Assembly (NCBI RefSeq): GCF_004010195.1
Contig: NC_057719.1
Span: 46,671,533-46,703,938 of the forward strand
Direction: 5' to 3'
Length of the DNA stretch: 32,406 bases
Source of the DNA: Chiloscyllium plagiosum
Taxonomy: Eukaryota
Below the pieces are notes generated by a model that had not been told where the DNA came from, ran no database searches, and saw only the letters and a program-made list of their open reading frames with translations. A program made the translations under genes and the position numbers. Of the stretch, positions 20,849 to 31,986 are shown one piece after another; the stretch's first letter is position 1; each line of letters opens with the position of its first letter.

Positions 20849-23789
20849 AGTTCTTCTGACCACTGCCTCCTGCTGGCCAAATGCCACCTACAGGACGAGA
20901 AGCAAGCTGGCAAGGGAACATGGAAACTGAATGCAAAGTTATTGACCCCAGAAAACATTGAGGAACTCAAAAGGGACTACACAGGTTGGAGAACTGTGAA
21001 GCCCCTCTTTGAGTCTCCAGCAGACTGATGGGAACCAGTAAAGGGAACATCAAGAGGTTCTTTATCTCCAAAGGTGTGCAGAAGGTGGGAGAGAGGCAGG
21101 CAAAACTATCCAAACTTCAGAACAGTATGCAGAACCTACTCCTGCTTCAGATGATGGGGTGGGGGTCAATGTCATGGAGGACCTCCAGGAGGTGAAGGGT
21201 CAGCATACCTAACTGTTTGTCTCAGAGGCCTCCAAGATAACCTTCTGGTCCAGAGACCATTCCATGGAGCAGGATGAGGCGTACTCACCTTTCTTTTTCC
21301 AGAAGGTGCACAAGGAAGGCTCCATGCTCAGCAGCCTGAAGGAAAAAGATAGCTCAGTAACATCATCTCAGTCTGACATCAAGAGGATCAGCAAATCCTT
21401 CTATGCCAGTCTGTATGACAGAAAGCCCACTGACAGCGCGGCCTCCCAGTCGCTCCCCCCTCTATCACGGAGATCTTAGACGACAGCACAAGGGAGAGGC
21501 TGGACCAGCCGCTATCTCTGGATGAGCTGACCAAGGCCCTCGAGTCCTTCGAAAAGAATAAAACCCTGGGAAGGGATAGCTGAGTGGTGGAGTTCTATTC
21601 TGCTCTATGGGACTTGATCAGCCAGGACCTGCTGGAGGTGTATGTCAGTATGATTCTAATAAGTACCATTAACAAAACCATGAGGAAAGGTACCATCACC
21701 CTAATCTACAAACAGAAGGGGGAGAGGGAGGAAATAATAAATTGGCAACCTATCTCACTGTTAAATGTGGATTACAAAATCTTGTCAAAGGTCATTGCCA
21801 ACTGGGTCAGGTCTGCTCTGGGGTCGGTGATTCACCCTGACCAAACCTGTGCTGTACCGGGCAGGAAGATCGCTGAGAGTCTCACACCCCTCAGGGATAT
21901 GATTGTCTACGTGCAGGACAGAAGGTTGGACACCTGCCTCATCAGCCTGGACCAGGAGAAAGCTTTGACAGGATTTCGTACATGTACATGAGAAATGATC
22001 TCTCCAAAATGGGGCTTTGGGGAGGGAATCTGCAATTGGATCCAACTGCTCTACACCAACATTGTTACTGCAGTCTCAATCAATGGGTGGGAATCAGAAA
22101 GCTATCCAATCAAATCTGGAGTCAGGCAGGGCTACCCTCTCTCCTGCTTTGTTTGTGTGCTGTACAGAGTGATTCGCTGAGTCCATCAGAAAGGATGTGA
22201 GCCTGACAGGGGTGACTATTCCTGGCAGCGGGGGCTTACTAGTTAAGGCCTCCCTGTACATGGATAATGTCGCTGTTTTGTGCTCGGATCCACTGTCAGT
22301 GCACAGACTCATGTCCATCTGCAACCAGTTCGAATAGGCCTCGGGGCCAAGGTAAATCGAGGCAAGAGTGAGGTCATGCTCTTTGGAAACTGAGCCGATC
22401 AATCCATTATCCCCCTCACCATCAGAACAGACAACCTGAAGGTGCTGGGTGTTTGGTTCAAGGGGCTGGGGCGTGCGCCAAGTCTTGGGAAGAGCGTGCC
22501 ACTAAAGTGAGGCAGAAACTGGATAGATGGGAATAAAAACCTGGTCATTGGGTGTGAGGTACTCTCAGTGTTGTTATACATGGCACAGGTCTGACTTATT
22601 CACTGAACCTGTGCTGCTACAGTCACCCAGGCCATCTTTCACTTTATGTGGAGATCAAAGATGGACTGTGTCCAAAGATCTGGATAAAAGGGGACCATGT
22701 ACAAAGATCTGGATAAAAGGGGAAAAACCACAGCAAACGTTACCCTCAACCTGATGGCCACCTTTGTGTGTGGCTGTATCAAGCTGTGTGTGGATCCCCC
22801 ATACGCAAACACCAAGTGTCTCTACGTACTGAGGTTCTACCTGTCCTCGGTGTGGCGAAAGATGGGCCTAGCCTCACTGCCGCGGAACGCTCCAACTAGT
22901 CGGACCATTCTGTATCACCTGTCACTCATGGAGAAATTTGTGAAAGAAAACACCTTTGACCACAAGTCCATCAGGAAGTGGTCAGCATCCTCAAGACTCT
23001 TAGGGAAAAGGAGAGGGTAGATCCTGTTGAGCGATTCCCTGGGCAGACTGTCTGAACGCCTCATTTAGCTGAATTCCACATTGCCAGAGCTTTCAAACAA
23101 GCACCAGGACATCGCTTGGCTGGTGGTGAGAAGGGCTCTGCCTGTGAGATCCTTTATGCACGCTCAGACTCTCTGTGCCACCGCACGCTGCCCTTGAAGC
23201 GGCTGCGGGGGGGAAGAGACTGTCACACACCTCTTTCTGGAATGTGCCTATGCAAAGGAAGGAATGCAGTGTTGTTTGTCGAGGTTTGTCCCGAGCAGCT
23301 CCGTGACGCGGGACGCTGTGCTCTACAGTCTGTTTCCTAGGATGCACACCAAGACAAACATCAACTGTGCCTAGTGGACCATCACCTTGGTGAAAGACCC
23401 TCGTTGGTCTGTCTGAAACTTGCTAGTCTTCCAGTCGAAAGAGTTAACCCCGACTGAGTGTTATAGACTGGCACATTCCAAGGTTCAGGACTATGTGCTG
23501 AGGGACACGCTAAATCTTGGGGCAGCTGCTGCCAAGGCGTGGTGGGGAAAGACCACCGTGTAAGGCCCTTCTGTCGAAGAACAAGGTGGGGGTTCATTCA
23601 GTAACTGGGCCCTGTTGACGCTTCAGCTAAATGCCAAGAGGTTGATTGTAAACATAGAGAATGATGAAAGTCAAAGAATTAATTTGTTCTCTGTAAGTTA
23701 AGAGAGCATAGATGTAAATGACTCCATTAACTGTACGGGTACCAAAGATTTCTGACTCTGAATAAAGTATATTTATGCAACAAAAAAAA
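20849..23789 (+). mobile_element. Tx1-type (L1-clade) LINE, 5'-truncated and decayed
   Basis: APE end SDH and GKGTWKLN. RT motifs NWQPISLLNVDYKILSK, SLDQEKA, SGVRQGYPLS and YMDN (22257-22268). Cys/His knuckle CP*SGCGGEETVTHLFLEC (23189-23245). Stop at 23561-23563, AATAAA at 23761 and an A-rich tail to 23789. Confidence 0.93.
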
Positions 23790-23844
23790 GCAGCTGTGTC
23801 ATGGACCTTCATCACACTCACTCCTTCTGTTTGCTTCATTCTGG

Positions 23845-24480
23845 GATGAAACATCTCACAGTTGGGGGCGTGCGAGAGCCAAGACTGGTGAGGTGCCCAT
23901 TCATCTCCTCATTCCCCACAGTAGGGGAATCCGTGCTGTAGAGGGTGAAGAGTGCAACTGCTCTAACGATGATGCTGCGGTCTCCATGTCCCGGTAAATC
24001 CGGTACGATTCACTGGGGAGTGTTGTAGTGCCCTCCTATTGCCACCACTGTGAATGTATTCTTAGTATGCCGATACTTTCAATTTCATAATGCACTCTTT
24101 CTTCTCCTGGAGACACCAGAGATGTCTGCAGAGGCCATGCCCTGAAGAGACCAGCCTGTCAGAACCCCATCTCCTCCTCCACTCTTGAGGAAGAAGCTAC
24201 AGATCCTTCAGAGGAAGCAATGGCAAGTCTCTCTCCTGCAACACCCACCAGCTCAGATACTGGCCCTTCAGTGGGTATTTTAGCAAGATTGTTGGAGGAA
24301 GAAAAACCCGAGGTCACTAGCACTTGGAGGACTGCCCGAGAGCAGGCAGCTACTCAGCACTAGGCAGGAGAGAACCTCAACTTGATAACTTCATACAAAT
24401 GTCCAAGCAGACAGGTTTATCAGAGGCACTTGCAAAATTGACTTGAAGATTGGAGGAATCTCCCAGTGCTACCTGAACTG
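23845..24480 (+). pseudogene. Probable downstream exons of the Harbinger Myb/SANT gene
   Basis: After a pyrimidine tract (23811-23842) the frame reads DETSHSWGRARAKTGEVPIHLLIPH, resembling the RxKTGGG motif that follows this domain. An acidic, Ser/Pro-rich segment (EEEATDPSEEAMASLSPATPTSSDTG) lies at about 24187-24264. Confidence 0.5.
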
Positions 24481-24918
24481 TGCTGCTCCTGACAAGTGAA
24501 TGTCAGGCTACCTCTAGAGCTATGTTCAGTACGCTCGGTGTCTGCTAGCTATGTGCACAACGCAACTTCTATGTTGCTGCTCTGATTCAGACATATGCTG
24601 CTCAAGCCTTTTGGTGCACATATACAATAGAGGATTGTGATTGTCAGTTCATCCCAACCCCCCTGATAACAGCTACATTACCCAAGAAAGGCATCATTGC
24701 ATATGGGACATTGGTGTGAACATCCTATAATACAAGGTGTGAATTAGGCAGCTTGTGCGGGCTATGGAAAACTGAAGGCGATAATGAATTGTGAAAGCAA
24801 GGTGAATCTTTGCAGCCTGTATGACATTACTGTGCTTCACAGCCACTGTTATGATTAATTTGTGATGTGAATGATGTGGTCAAAATTGCTCATGAACAGG
24901 ATTTTTGGTCATCACAAT

Positions 24919-25193
24919 GGGGGTGGCTCCGTGATTAGCACCAGAGACCCAAGTTCAATTCTAGTCTTGAGTGACTGTCTATGTATAGTTTGCACATTCT
25001 CCCCATGCCTGTATGGGTTTCCTCCCACAGTCGAAAAATGTTCAGGTTAGGTGGATCGGCGATGCTAAATTGCCCATAGTATCCAGGGATTTGCAGAGTA
25101 GGTGGGTTAGCCATGGGAAATGCAGGGTTACAGGGATAGGCTGGGGGCTGGATCTGGGTGGGTTGCTCTTTGTGGGGTCAGTGCAGACTCAAT
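24919..25193 (+). mobile_element. HE1-type SINE, diverged subfamily with deletions
   Basis: B box-like agttcaattc, then tttgcacattctccccatg...tttcctcccacagtc...aggttaggtggat...gctaaattgcccatagt. Confidence 0.85.
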
Positions 25194-26058
25194 GCTATTG
25201 ACATTTGAAAGACCTCACTACACAAAAGTGATACCCAGTCCCTCAGATAAAAGTAAAACACTTACTCTGTGCAGTTTAGATGTGGAGACAGTGATTTTCC
25301 ATTTCCTTTGTGCCCTTATGGTTTGGATGAGGAGGCAGACAACACAGGTAGAGCTTCTCAGAGTGAGCCATGGGCTCAACCTCTCTACTTGGTGACCCTC
25401 CCCCCAAACACTTATATTCTTTCCTGCCTTGCCCTCCCCATCTACCTCATCACCTTCGATCTTCCCCACATTCCCATTCAACCTGTTTATTTAACAGCTC
25501 ACCTTCCCTTACCTGAGCCCCAGCATACAGTTTAGTCAAAGTAGATATAATTGTGCACTGTCCCCAATCACAGCCAGGGTGCTGGTGATGATCAAAGGTG
25601 TACTTGTTCAACAGTACACCTTACCCTGCTGTACTTTGTGACTTCCTACCCTCTACTGTTGAGTTACTCTGCTCACAATTATTATTGCCTCTTGCATCAC
25701 AGCATGCTGCCTTCAATTCCCACAATTGCCTTTCTCAATTTAGTGACCACAGAAGATAATACCTCCTGACTTTCAATGAACAGACACTCAGGACAGAATG
25801 TGGCCCACTCCCTGGCTGAGTTGGAAAGACAATCTCAACTGAGGAGAGACTAAATCTCTTACTGATCTCTGCAGCTCCTCGTTGCCTTGATCATCATGAC
25901 TGTGTGCAATGATGAGAATGAAGGACTATGGGGTTGGAAGTTCTGAATGAGGCAGCAAAGGGCAAAAAGGTAAGGCAAAGCCTGGCAGAGGTCTGATCTT
26001 CCAAGTAGGTGGAAAGTGAGTGAACACATTAACTTTAAATGGCTAACATTTCAATTTC

Positions 26059-26198
26059 AGTATCTGAGGAAGTGACATATCAGACTCGAAACATTAACTT
26101 GGTTCCTCTTTGCATGAATGGTGCCAGACCTGCTGAGTTTCTCCAGCACTTTCTGTTTTTATTTTAAACTTCCATCTCCTCAGTATTTTGCTTTTTAC
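26059..26198 (+). mobile_element. Old PLE 3' end (family C) with a degenerate hammerhead core at 26064-26095
   Basis: CTGAGGA-A-GTGAC-ATATCA-GACTC-GAAA-CATT (stem II has two mismatches), followed by gccagacctgctgagtttctccagcactttctg, which is related to the family A tail. Confidence 0.65.
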
Positions 26199-27154
26199 AG
26201 ATTAATAGGATATGTTCCTGTGCTGGCTGCAACACTACTATGCAAAATGAATTTTGGGCAATCTTAATTTTCTGATGGACACAGGCTTCATGCACATTCC
26301 ATTTTGAAATTAATTGTCAAGATCACTGAGACAAACCTGATGTGACAGATAGAAAATATGTCTCTAAAATCTATATCTGATTGTGCTACACATCACAGTG
26401 ATCAATAGGGATAATGGATGCCTGAAACAGAAAACATTCTGATCTCCAGCATCAACATTATACAGTCTAATGATCACAGTAAATGAATTAAAATAAAAAT
26501 TTCCAGAAAATGAAGCACATGCCTGATTGTTACGGAAACTGAGACTGTAACCACTTAAGACAATGTCTTTGTTCTTGGGTGGGCTGAGAGAAACAAAACA
26601 ATACAACTTTAAAAAAAAACATGTTATTGATTAAAATATCAGCAAGAGGAAACAATGAGGAAAGTATCACACAGCTGCAACACCATGGGTTTCCAAATTT
26701 ACAGGGAGTGGGCAAGGAGACAGGGAAATATGGCAAGGTGAGGGCTCTAAAATTCTGAAAATTGGAATGCTCAAGAAGCTTCAACACACATATAGATATG
26801 GCATTAACCATATGTAGAATAACGGAGCACTGTCCTTCTTCCTCAGTAACGTTAACTATTCAGATTATAGATCCTGTAGGATTCTGAACTTTTCAATCTC
26901 TCGTCTTTTCACTCTCTTTTCTTTACAGCATGAAAAAAATTAGGATTAGGTTTAATGTCATGTAAATTCAAGTACAGAGATACAGGAGTACAGTGAAAAG
27001 TGTATCGAAGTTGCCAGTCCTGGCACCATCTTAGGTACAAAATGTTAGATACAAATAGAAAAATAAAGAAAAATGTTAAAAGTTCAACATTATACTCCTT
27101 CTATAGCTGTGGGTCTGCAGTCACTCCATGCTGGCCTCTCCCCACGAGGCCTCA

Positions 27155-29801
27155 CAACTGAAATGTGGAGCTTATTCGAGGAACAGCTATTGGGTGTCCT
27201 TGATAAGTCTGTACCTGTCAGGCAGGGAGGTAATGGTCAAGCGAGGAAGCCTTGGTTTACTACAGAAGTTGAATCTCTTCACAAGAAGAAGAGAAAGGCT
27301 TATGTTAGGATGAGAAGTGAAGGCTCAGTTAGCCAGGAAAGACCTAAAGAGAGAGCCAAGGAGAGCCAGGAGGGGACATGAGAAGTCGATAGCAGATAGG
27401 ATCCAGGAAAACCCTAAAGCTTTCTATAGATATATTAATAATAAAAGAATGACTAGAGAAAGATTAGGGCCAATCAAGGATAGTAGTAGGAAGTTGTGAG
27501 TGGAGTCCGAGGAGATGGGGAAGCACTAAATGAATATTTTTGTCAGTATTCATACTGGAAAAAGATAATGTGGTCGAAGAGAATAGTGAGATGTAGGCTA
27601 CTAGACTCGATGAGATCCATGTTCATAAGGAGGAGGTGTTAGCAATTCTGGAAAGTGTGAAAATAGATAAGTCCCCTGGGCTGATGGGATTTATCCTAGG
27701 ATTCTCTGGGAAGCCAGGGACGGGATTACAGAGCCTTTGGCTTTGATCTCTATGTCGTCATTGTCTACGGGAATAGTGCCAGAAGAATGGAAGATACCAA
27801 ATGTTGTCCCCTTGTTCAAGAAGAGGAGTAGACCAGCGAGCCTTACTTTGGTTGTGAGTAAAGTGTTGGAAAAGGTTACAAGAATTTGGATTTATAAATC
27901 ATCTAGTGAGTAATAAGTTCATTAGAAATAGTCAGCACTATTTTGTGAACACTAGGCCGTGCCTCACAAATCTGATTGAGTTCTTGGAGAAGGTGACCAA
28001 AGAGGTGAATGTGGGTAAAGCGGTTGATGTGGTGTATATGGATTTCAGTAAGGCATTTTGATAATGTTCCCCACAGTAGGCTATGGCCCAAAATATGGAA
28101 GCATGGGATTGTGGGCGATTATTCCGTTTGGATCAGAAATTGGCTTGCTGAAAGAAGCCAGAAGGTGGTGATTGATGGGAAGCGTTCATCCTGGAGTACA
28201 GTTACTAGTGGTGTACTGCAAGGATCTGTTTTGGGGCCACTGCTGTTTGTCATTTTTATAAATGACCCAGATAGGTGTAGAAGGATGGGTTAGCAAGTTT
28301 GCGGATGACACTAAAGTTGGTGGAGTTTTGGATACTTCTGAAGGATGTTGCAGTTTACAGAGGGACATAGATAAGGTACAGAGCTAGGATGAGAGGTGGC
28401 AAATGGAGTTTAATGTGGAAAAGGGTGAGGTGATTCACTTTGGAAGGAGCAACAGGAATACAGAGTACTGGGCTAATGGTAAGATTCTTGATGGAGTAGA
28501 TGAACAGAGAGATCTCGATGTCCACGTACTGTCACAAAAGTGGTCCTTTTTCTAAAAGCTGTTCCTTTTCTCAAGGGTACTGTGTCCTTGATTGTTTTCA
28601 GAGGGATCATAAAACCCTCCGAGCTCCAAAACGCCTAGTTTGGTACAGAGATGAAAAAGGATTTTGAGAAGACTTCTGTTTATATGTAAACAGATGAGAC
28701 TTCAGCTCAAAGTGGTCATGTTTTAGAAGTAACCTATATAATGAAAGGGGAGTGGTCAGTTCTGAAAGCTGAGCAATTCAGTCCACAACTCGTTAGGCAG
28801 TTCAGCTGTGTGGAAAGATCTGCTACACTCTCTTTCTGTCTGCCCTTCTAACTTCAACCTGTAAGCCTTTGTTTCATTTTTGCTGTGTGTGCAGGGGTTT
28901 GTTTATTGGGACTGGTATGTATATTTGGAACTGCGTAATTAGTTTAGTTTGGATAGATTGAGTTCAGTAGGGGTTCTTTATTCTGATTTTTTGTTACACT
29001 TTGAAATTTTGTGACTAAATATTTAGAATCTGGTAGTTAACCTAGCTAACTTATTCTTGATAATTTTCACTGTACACTGACTGAAACAAATTGCAAAATT
29101 ATGGCCTGGGCTACCTGCTTAAGAATGTTTTGAGTTGTCTGGCCTAATTTATAACAGCACATAGATCCCTGAAAGTTGCCACCCAGGTTGGCAGAGTTAA
29201 GAAGGCATATGGTGTATTAGCTTTTATTGGTAGAGAGATTGAGTTTCAGAGCCATGAGGTTATGCTGTAGCTGCCATCACACTTGGAGTATTGCACATAG
29301 TTCTGATCCCCGCATTATAGGAAGGATGTGGAAGCTTTGGAAAGGGTTCAGAGGAGATTTACTAGGATGTTGCCTGGTATGGAGGGAAGATCTTATGAGG
29401 AAAGGCTGAGGGACTTGAGGCTGTTTTTGTTAGAGGTGACTTAATTAAAACATATAAAGATAATCAAAGGGTTAGATAGGGTGAACAGTAAGAACCTTTT
29501 TCCTCAGATCATGATGGCCAGCACAAGGGGACATAGCTTTAAATTAAGGGTTGATAGATATAGGACAGGTGTCAGAGGTAGTTTCTTTACTCAGAGAGTA
29601 GTAATGGCATGGAATGCGTTGCCTGCAACAGTAGTAGACTCGCCAACTTGAAGGACATTTACACAGTCACCAGATAAACATACGGATCAAAATGGAATAG
29701 TGTAGAATAGATGGGCTTCAGATTGGTGCCACAGGTCAGCACAACATTGAGGGCCAAAGGGCCTGTACTGCACTGTAATGTTTTATGTCTATGTTCTATG
29801 T
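27155..29801 (+). mobile_element. 5'-truncated CR1 LINE (about 2.0 kb of ORF2 plus 3' UTR) interrupted by a solo LTR
   Basis: [42 protein letters not shown] (28298-28315) and VQRRFTRMLPG. The tail is (ttctatg)n at about 29781-29801. It has multiple stops and frameshifts. Confidence 0.95.
28530..29156 (+). mobile_element. Solo LTR (627 bp), Gypsy- or ERV-type
   Basis: Termini are TGTCACAA...TTATAACA. A 4 bp TSD reads GTAC (28526-28529) and GCAC (29157-29160). Removing the insert restores the CR1 sequence gtccacgtac-atagatccctgaaag. Strand is inferred weakly from a TATA-like ctatataa near 28734. Confidence 0.85.
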
Positions 29802-30605
29802 CAGTGTCTCCATTCCCCCCTCAAAGGCATACTCTCCCCTGCACTGGGCTGAGACCCTCACCACTGACCACCGATCACCATCCAGGATCACCAATCACTC
29901 CTCTGCCAACTGTCTGTCCAGCCGGCTCAGTCACTGCCACACTCCGGACTCCAGACTCCCAATGCCGTCTCCACCAGTACCTCCATGGCTGAGGTCTCTC
30001 CAGAAGGTAGGCAGAAAAAATTTTTTTAAAAACGACAAAATAAATGGACATGAAGAGAAGAAGCCAAATTATCCCACTGATTCTCAAAAAAGTTGGAGTC
30101 AAAGGGGGAGTAATTAAGGGGGCAATGAAACTTCCCCTCATAGTGCAGCATTGCCTTTGATTTCCTTCACATTTTAAAATTCCATCATACACTCAGACAG
30201 AGTATAGGGTTAAGAGAGATTCAGATGCAATCCAGTTTAATTTTAATGAGGTCTGACATACAGAACAAAAGTCATGCAAATTTTTTTTTGCTAGAAACCA
30301 CTGCTCACAGATGTTGCTTCCGTTCGTCCTCAATTGCCTCCTCTTCCTCCTGGAGATGACAGCTCATGGTTAAGTGGTTTCACAGATCTTAACAACATTC
30401 CACTATCTCCTAAAAATGGCCATTCCTCATGTCTGATCCTCAGCAGCAACTGTCACCAGGATGCTAAACATCATAACTAGACAATTTTTGCCCTGACCTC
30501 AAATGACAACCAAAGCAGATTTTTCAGAGAGATTATCGACTAACAATGGTGTCTAGGAAATGGATGGGATATTCTCCTCCAGTCAGTTCAAGAACGTAGA
30601 CATTA

Positions 30606-31986
30606 ATTGTAATACCTTTCTATCAAGTCTCCCCTCAGCCTCTGCTGCTCAAGTTTAAAAAAAAGAGTTTTTCTATACTCTCCTTATACCTCATACCCTT
30701 TTAATCCAGGCAGCATCCTGGTAAACCTCTTCTGCACTCTTTCCAAAGTCTCCACATCCTTCCTGTAATGTGGTGACCAGAATTGAACAGTAATACTCTA
30801 AGTGTGGCCTAACCAAAGTCTTATAAAGCTGCAACATGACATCCTGACTCTTGTATTCAACTTCCTGACCAATTAAGGCAGCATACCATATGCCTTCTTT
30901 ACCATCCTTTCCTTGCAAGGCCACATTCAGGGACCTATGGACTTGAAGCAAAAGATCCCTCTGCCCATCAGTGCTGTTCAGGGTCCTGCCATTAACTGTC
31001 TACTTTTCCTTCACATTCCTCCCAAAGTGCAGCACCCCCCACGTACTTGGATTAAACTCCATCTGCCATTTCTCCACCCATATCTGCAGCTGATCTATAT
31101 CCCACTGTATCCTTTGGCAACCTTCTACACTATCCACAGCTCCACAAACCTTTGCATCGTCTGCAAACTAACTAACACACCCATTTACATTTTCTAAGTC
31201 TTGTAGACATCACAAACAGCAGAGATCCCAAAATGGATCCCTGTTCAACACCACTAGTCACAGCCCTCCAGCCTGAAAAACACTCTTCCACCACTACCCT
31301 CTGTCTTCTATGGGCAAGCCAATTCTGAATCCACGGAGTGAATTCATGAGCCTACCATGATAGACTTGTCAAAAACCTTACTAAAATCCTTATAAACAAC
31401 ATCCACTGCTCTATGCTGATTGATGTTTTTGAGGAGGTGACAAAGGTGATCAATCAAATTATTAAGACATGACCTGTCCTGCACAAAGCCATGTTGACCG
31501 TCCCTAATCAGGTCATGCTTTTCCAAATGTGTGTAAATCCTATCCCTAAGAATTTTCTCCAATAGCTTCCCGATCATCAACATGAGACTCATGGGTCTAT
31601 AGTTTCCTAGATTATCCTTATTTCCCTTGAACAGAGGAACAATATTAGCTACTCACCAGTTCTCCAGGACTTCTCCAGTGGCTAGTGAGGATACAAAGAT
31701 CTTAGTCAAGGGCCCAGCAATCTCCTTTCTTGCCTTTCACAGTAACCTGGGGTATATACCATCGTGCTCTGGGGACTGATCCACCTTAAGGCACTTCAAG
31801 AGACCGAACATCATTTCTTTCTTGACCTCAAATGTAGCATATTAGCATGCTCCACACAAATCTCAGTATCCTCCGTATCCTTCTCCTGAGTGAATATCAA
31901 CACAAAGTACTCATTTAGGATCACACCCACATTCTCTGCCTCTAAGCATAAGATCCCTCCTTTATCTTTGAATGGTCCTACATTCT
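30606..31986 (-). mobile_element. CR1 LINE ORF2 RT fragment, decayed
   Basis: ORF 30691-30951(-) reads LQLYKTLVRPHLEY, and FADDAK lies near 31150-31167. ORF 31344-31592(-) reads GKLLEKILRDRIY...QHGFV...DFSKVFD. Confidence 0.93.

Larger units (their letters stand above)
26943..30065 (-). mobile_element. Non-autonomous retroposon with a Rex/Babar-like 3' end; pieces at about 26943-27147 and 29802-30065 flank a nested CR1
   Basis: The reverse complement of 26943-27035 reads aagatggtgcc...ttttcactgtactcc...catgacattaaacctaatcc, like 8709-8768. A candidate TSD, AAATTA, lies at 26937-26942 and 30066-30071. Linking the two halves is an inference. Confidence 0.5.

Noticed and set aside
25269..25990. 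Harbinger transposase remnant
   Set aside because: I looked for DDE_Tnp_4 motifs (IDxTH, GDxGY, CCxLHN) and found none convincing.
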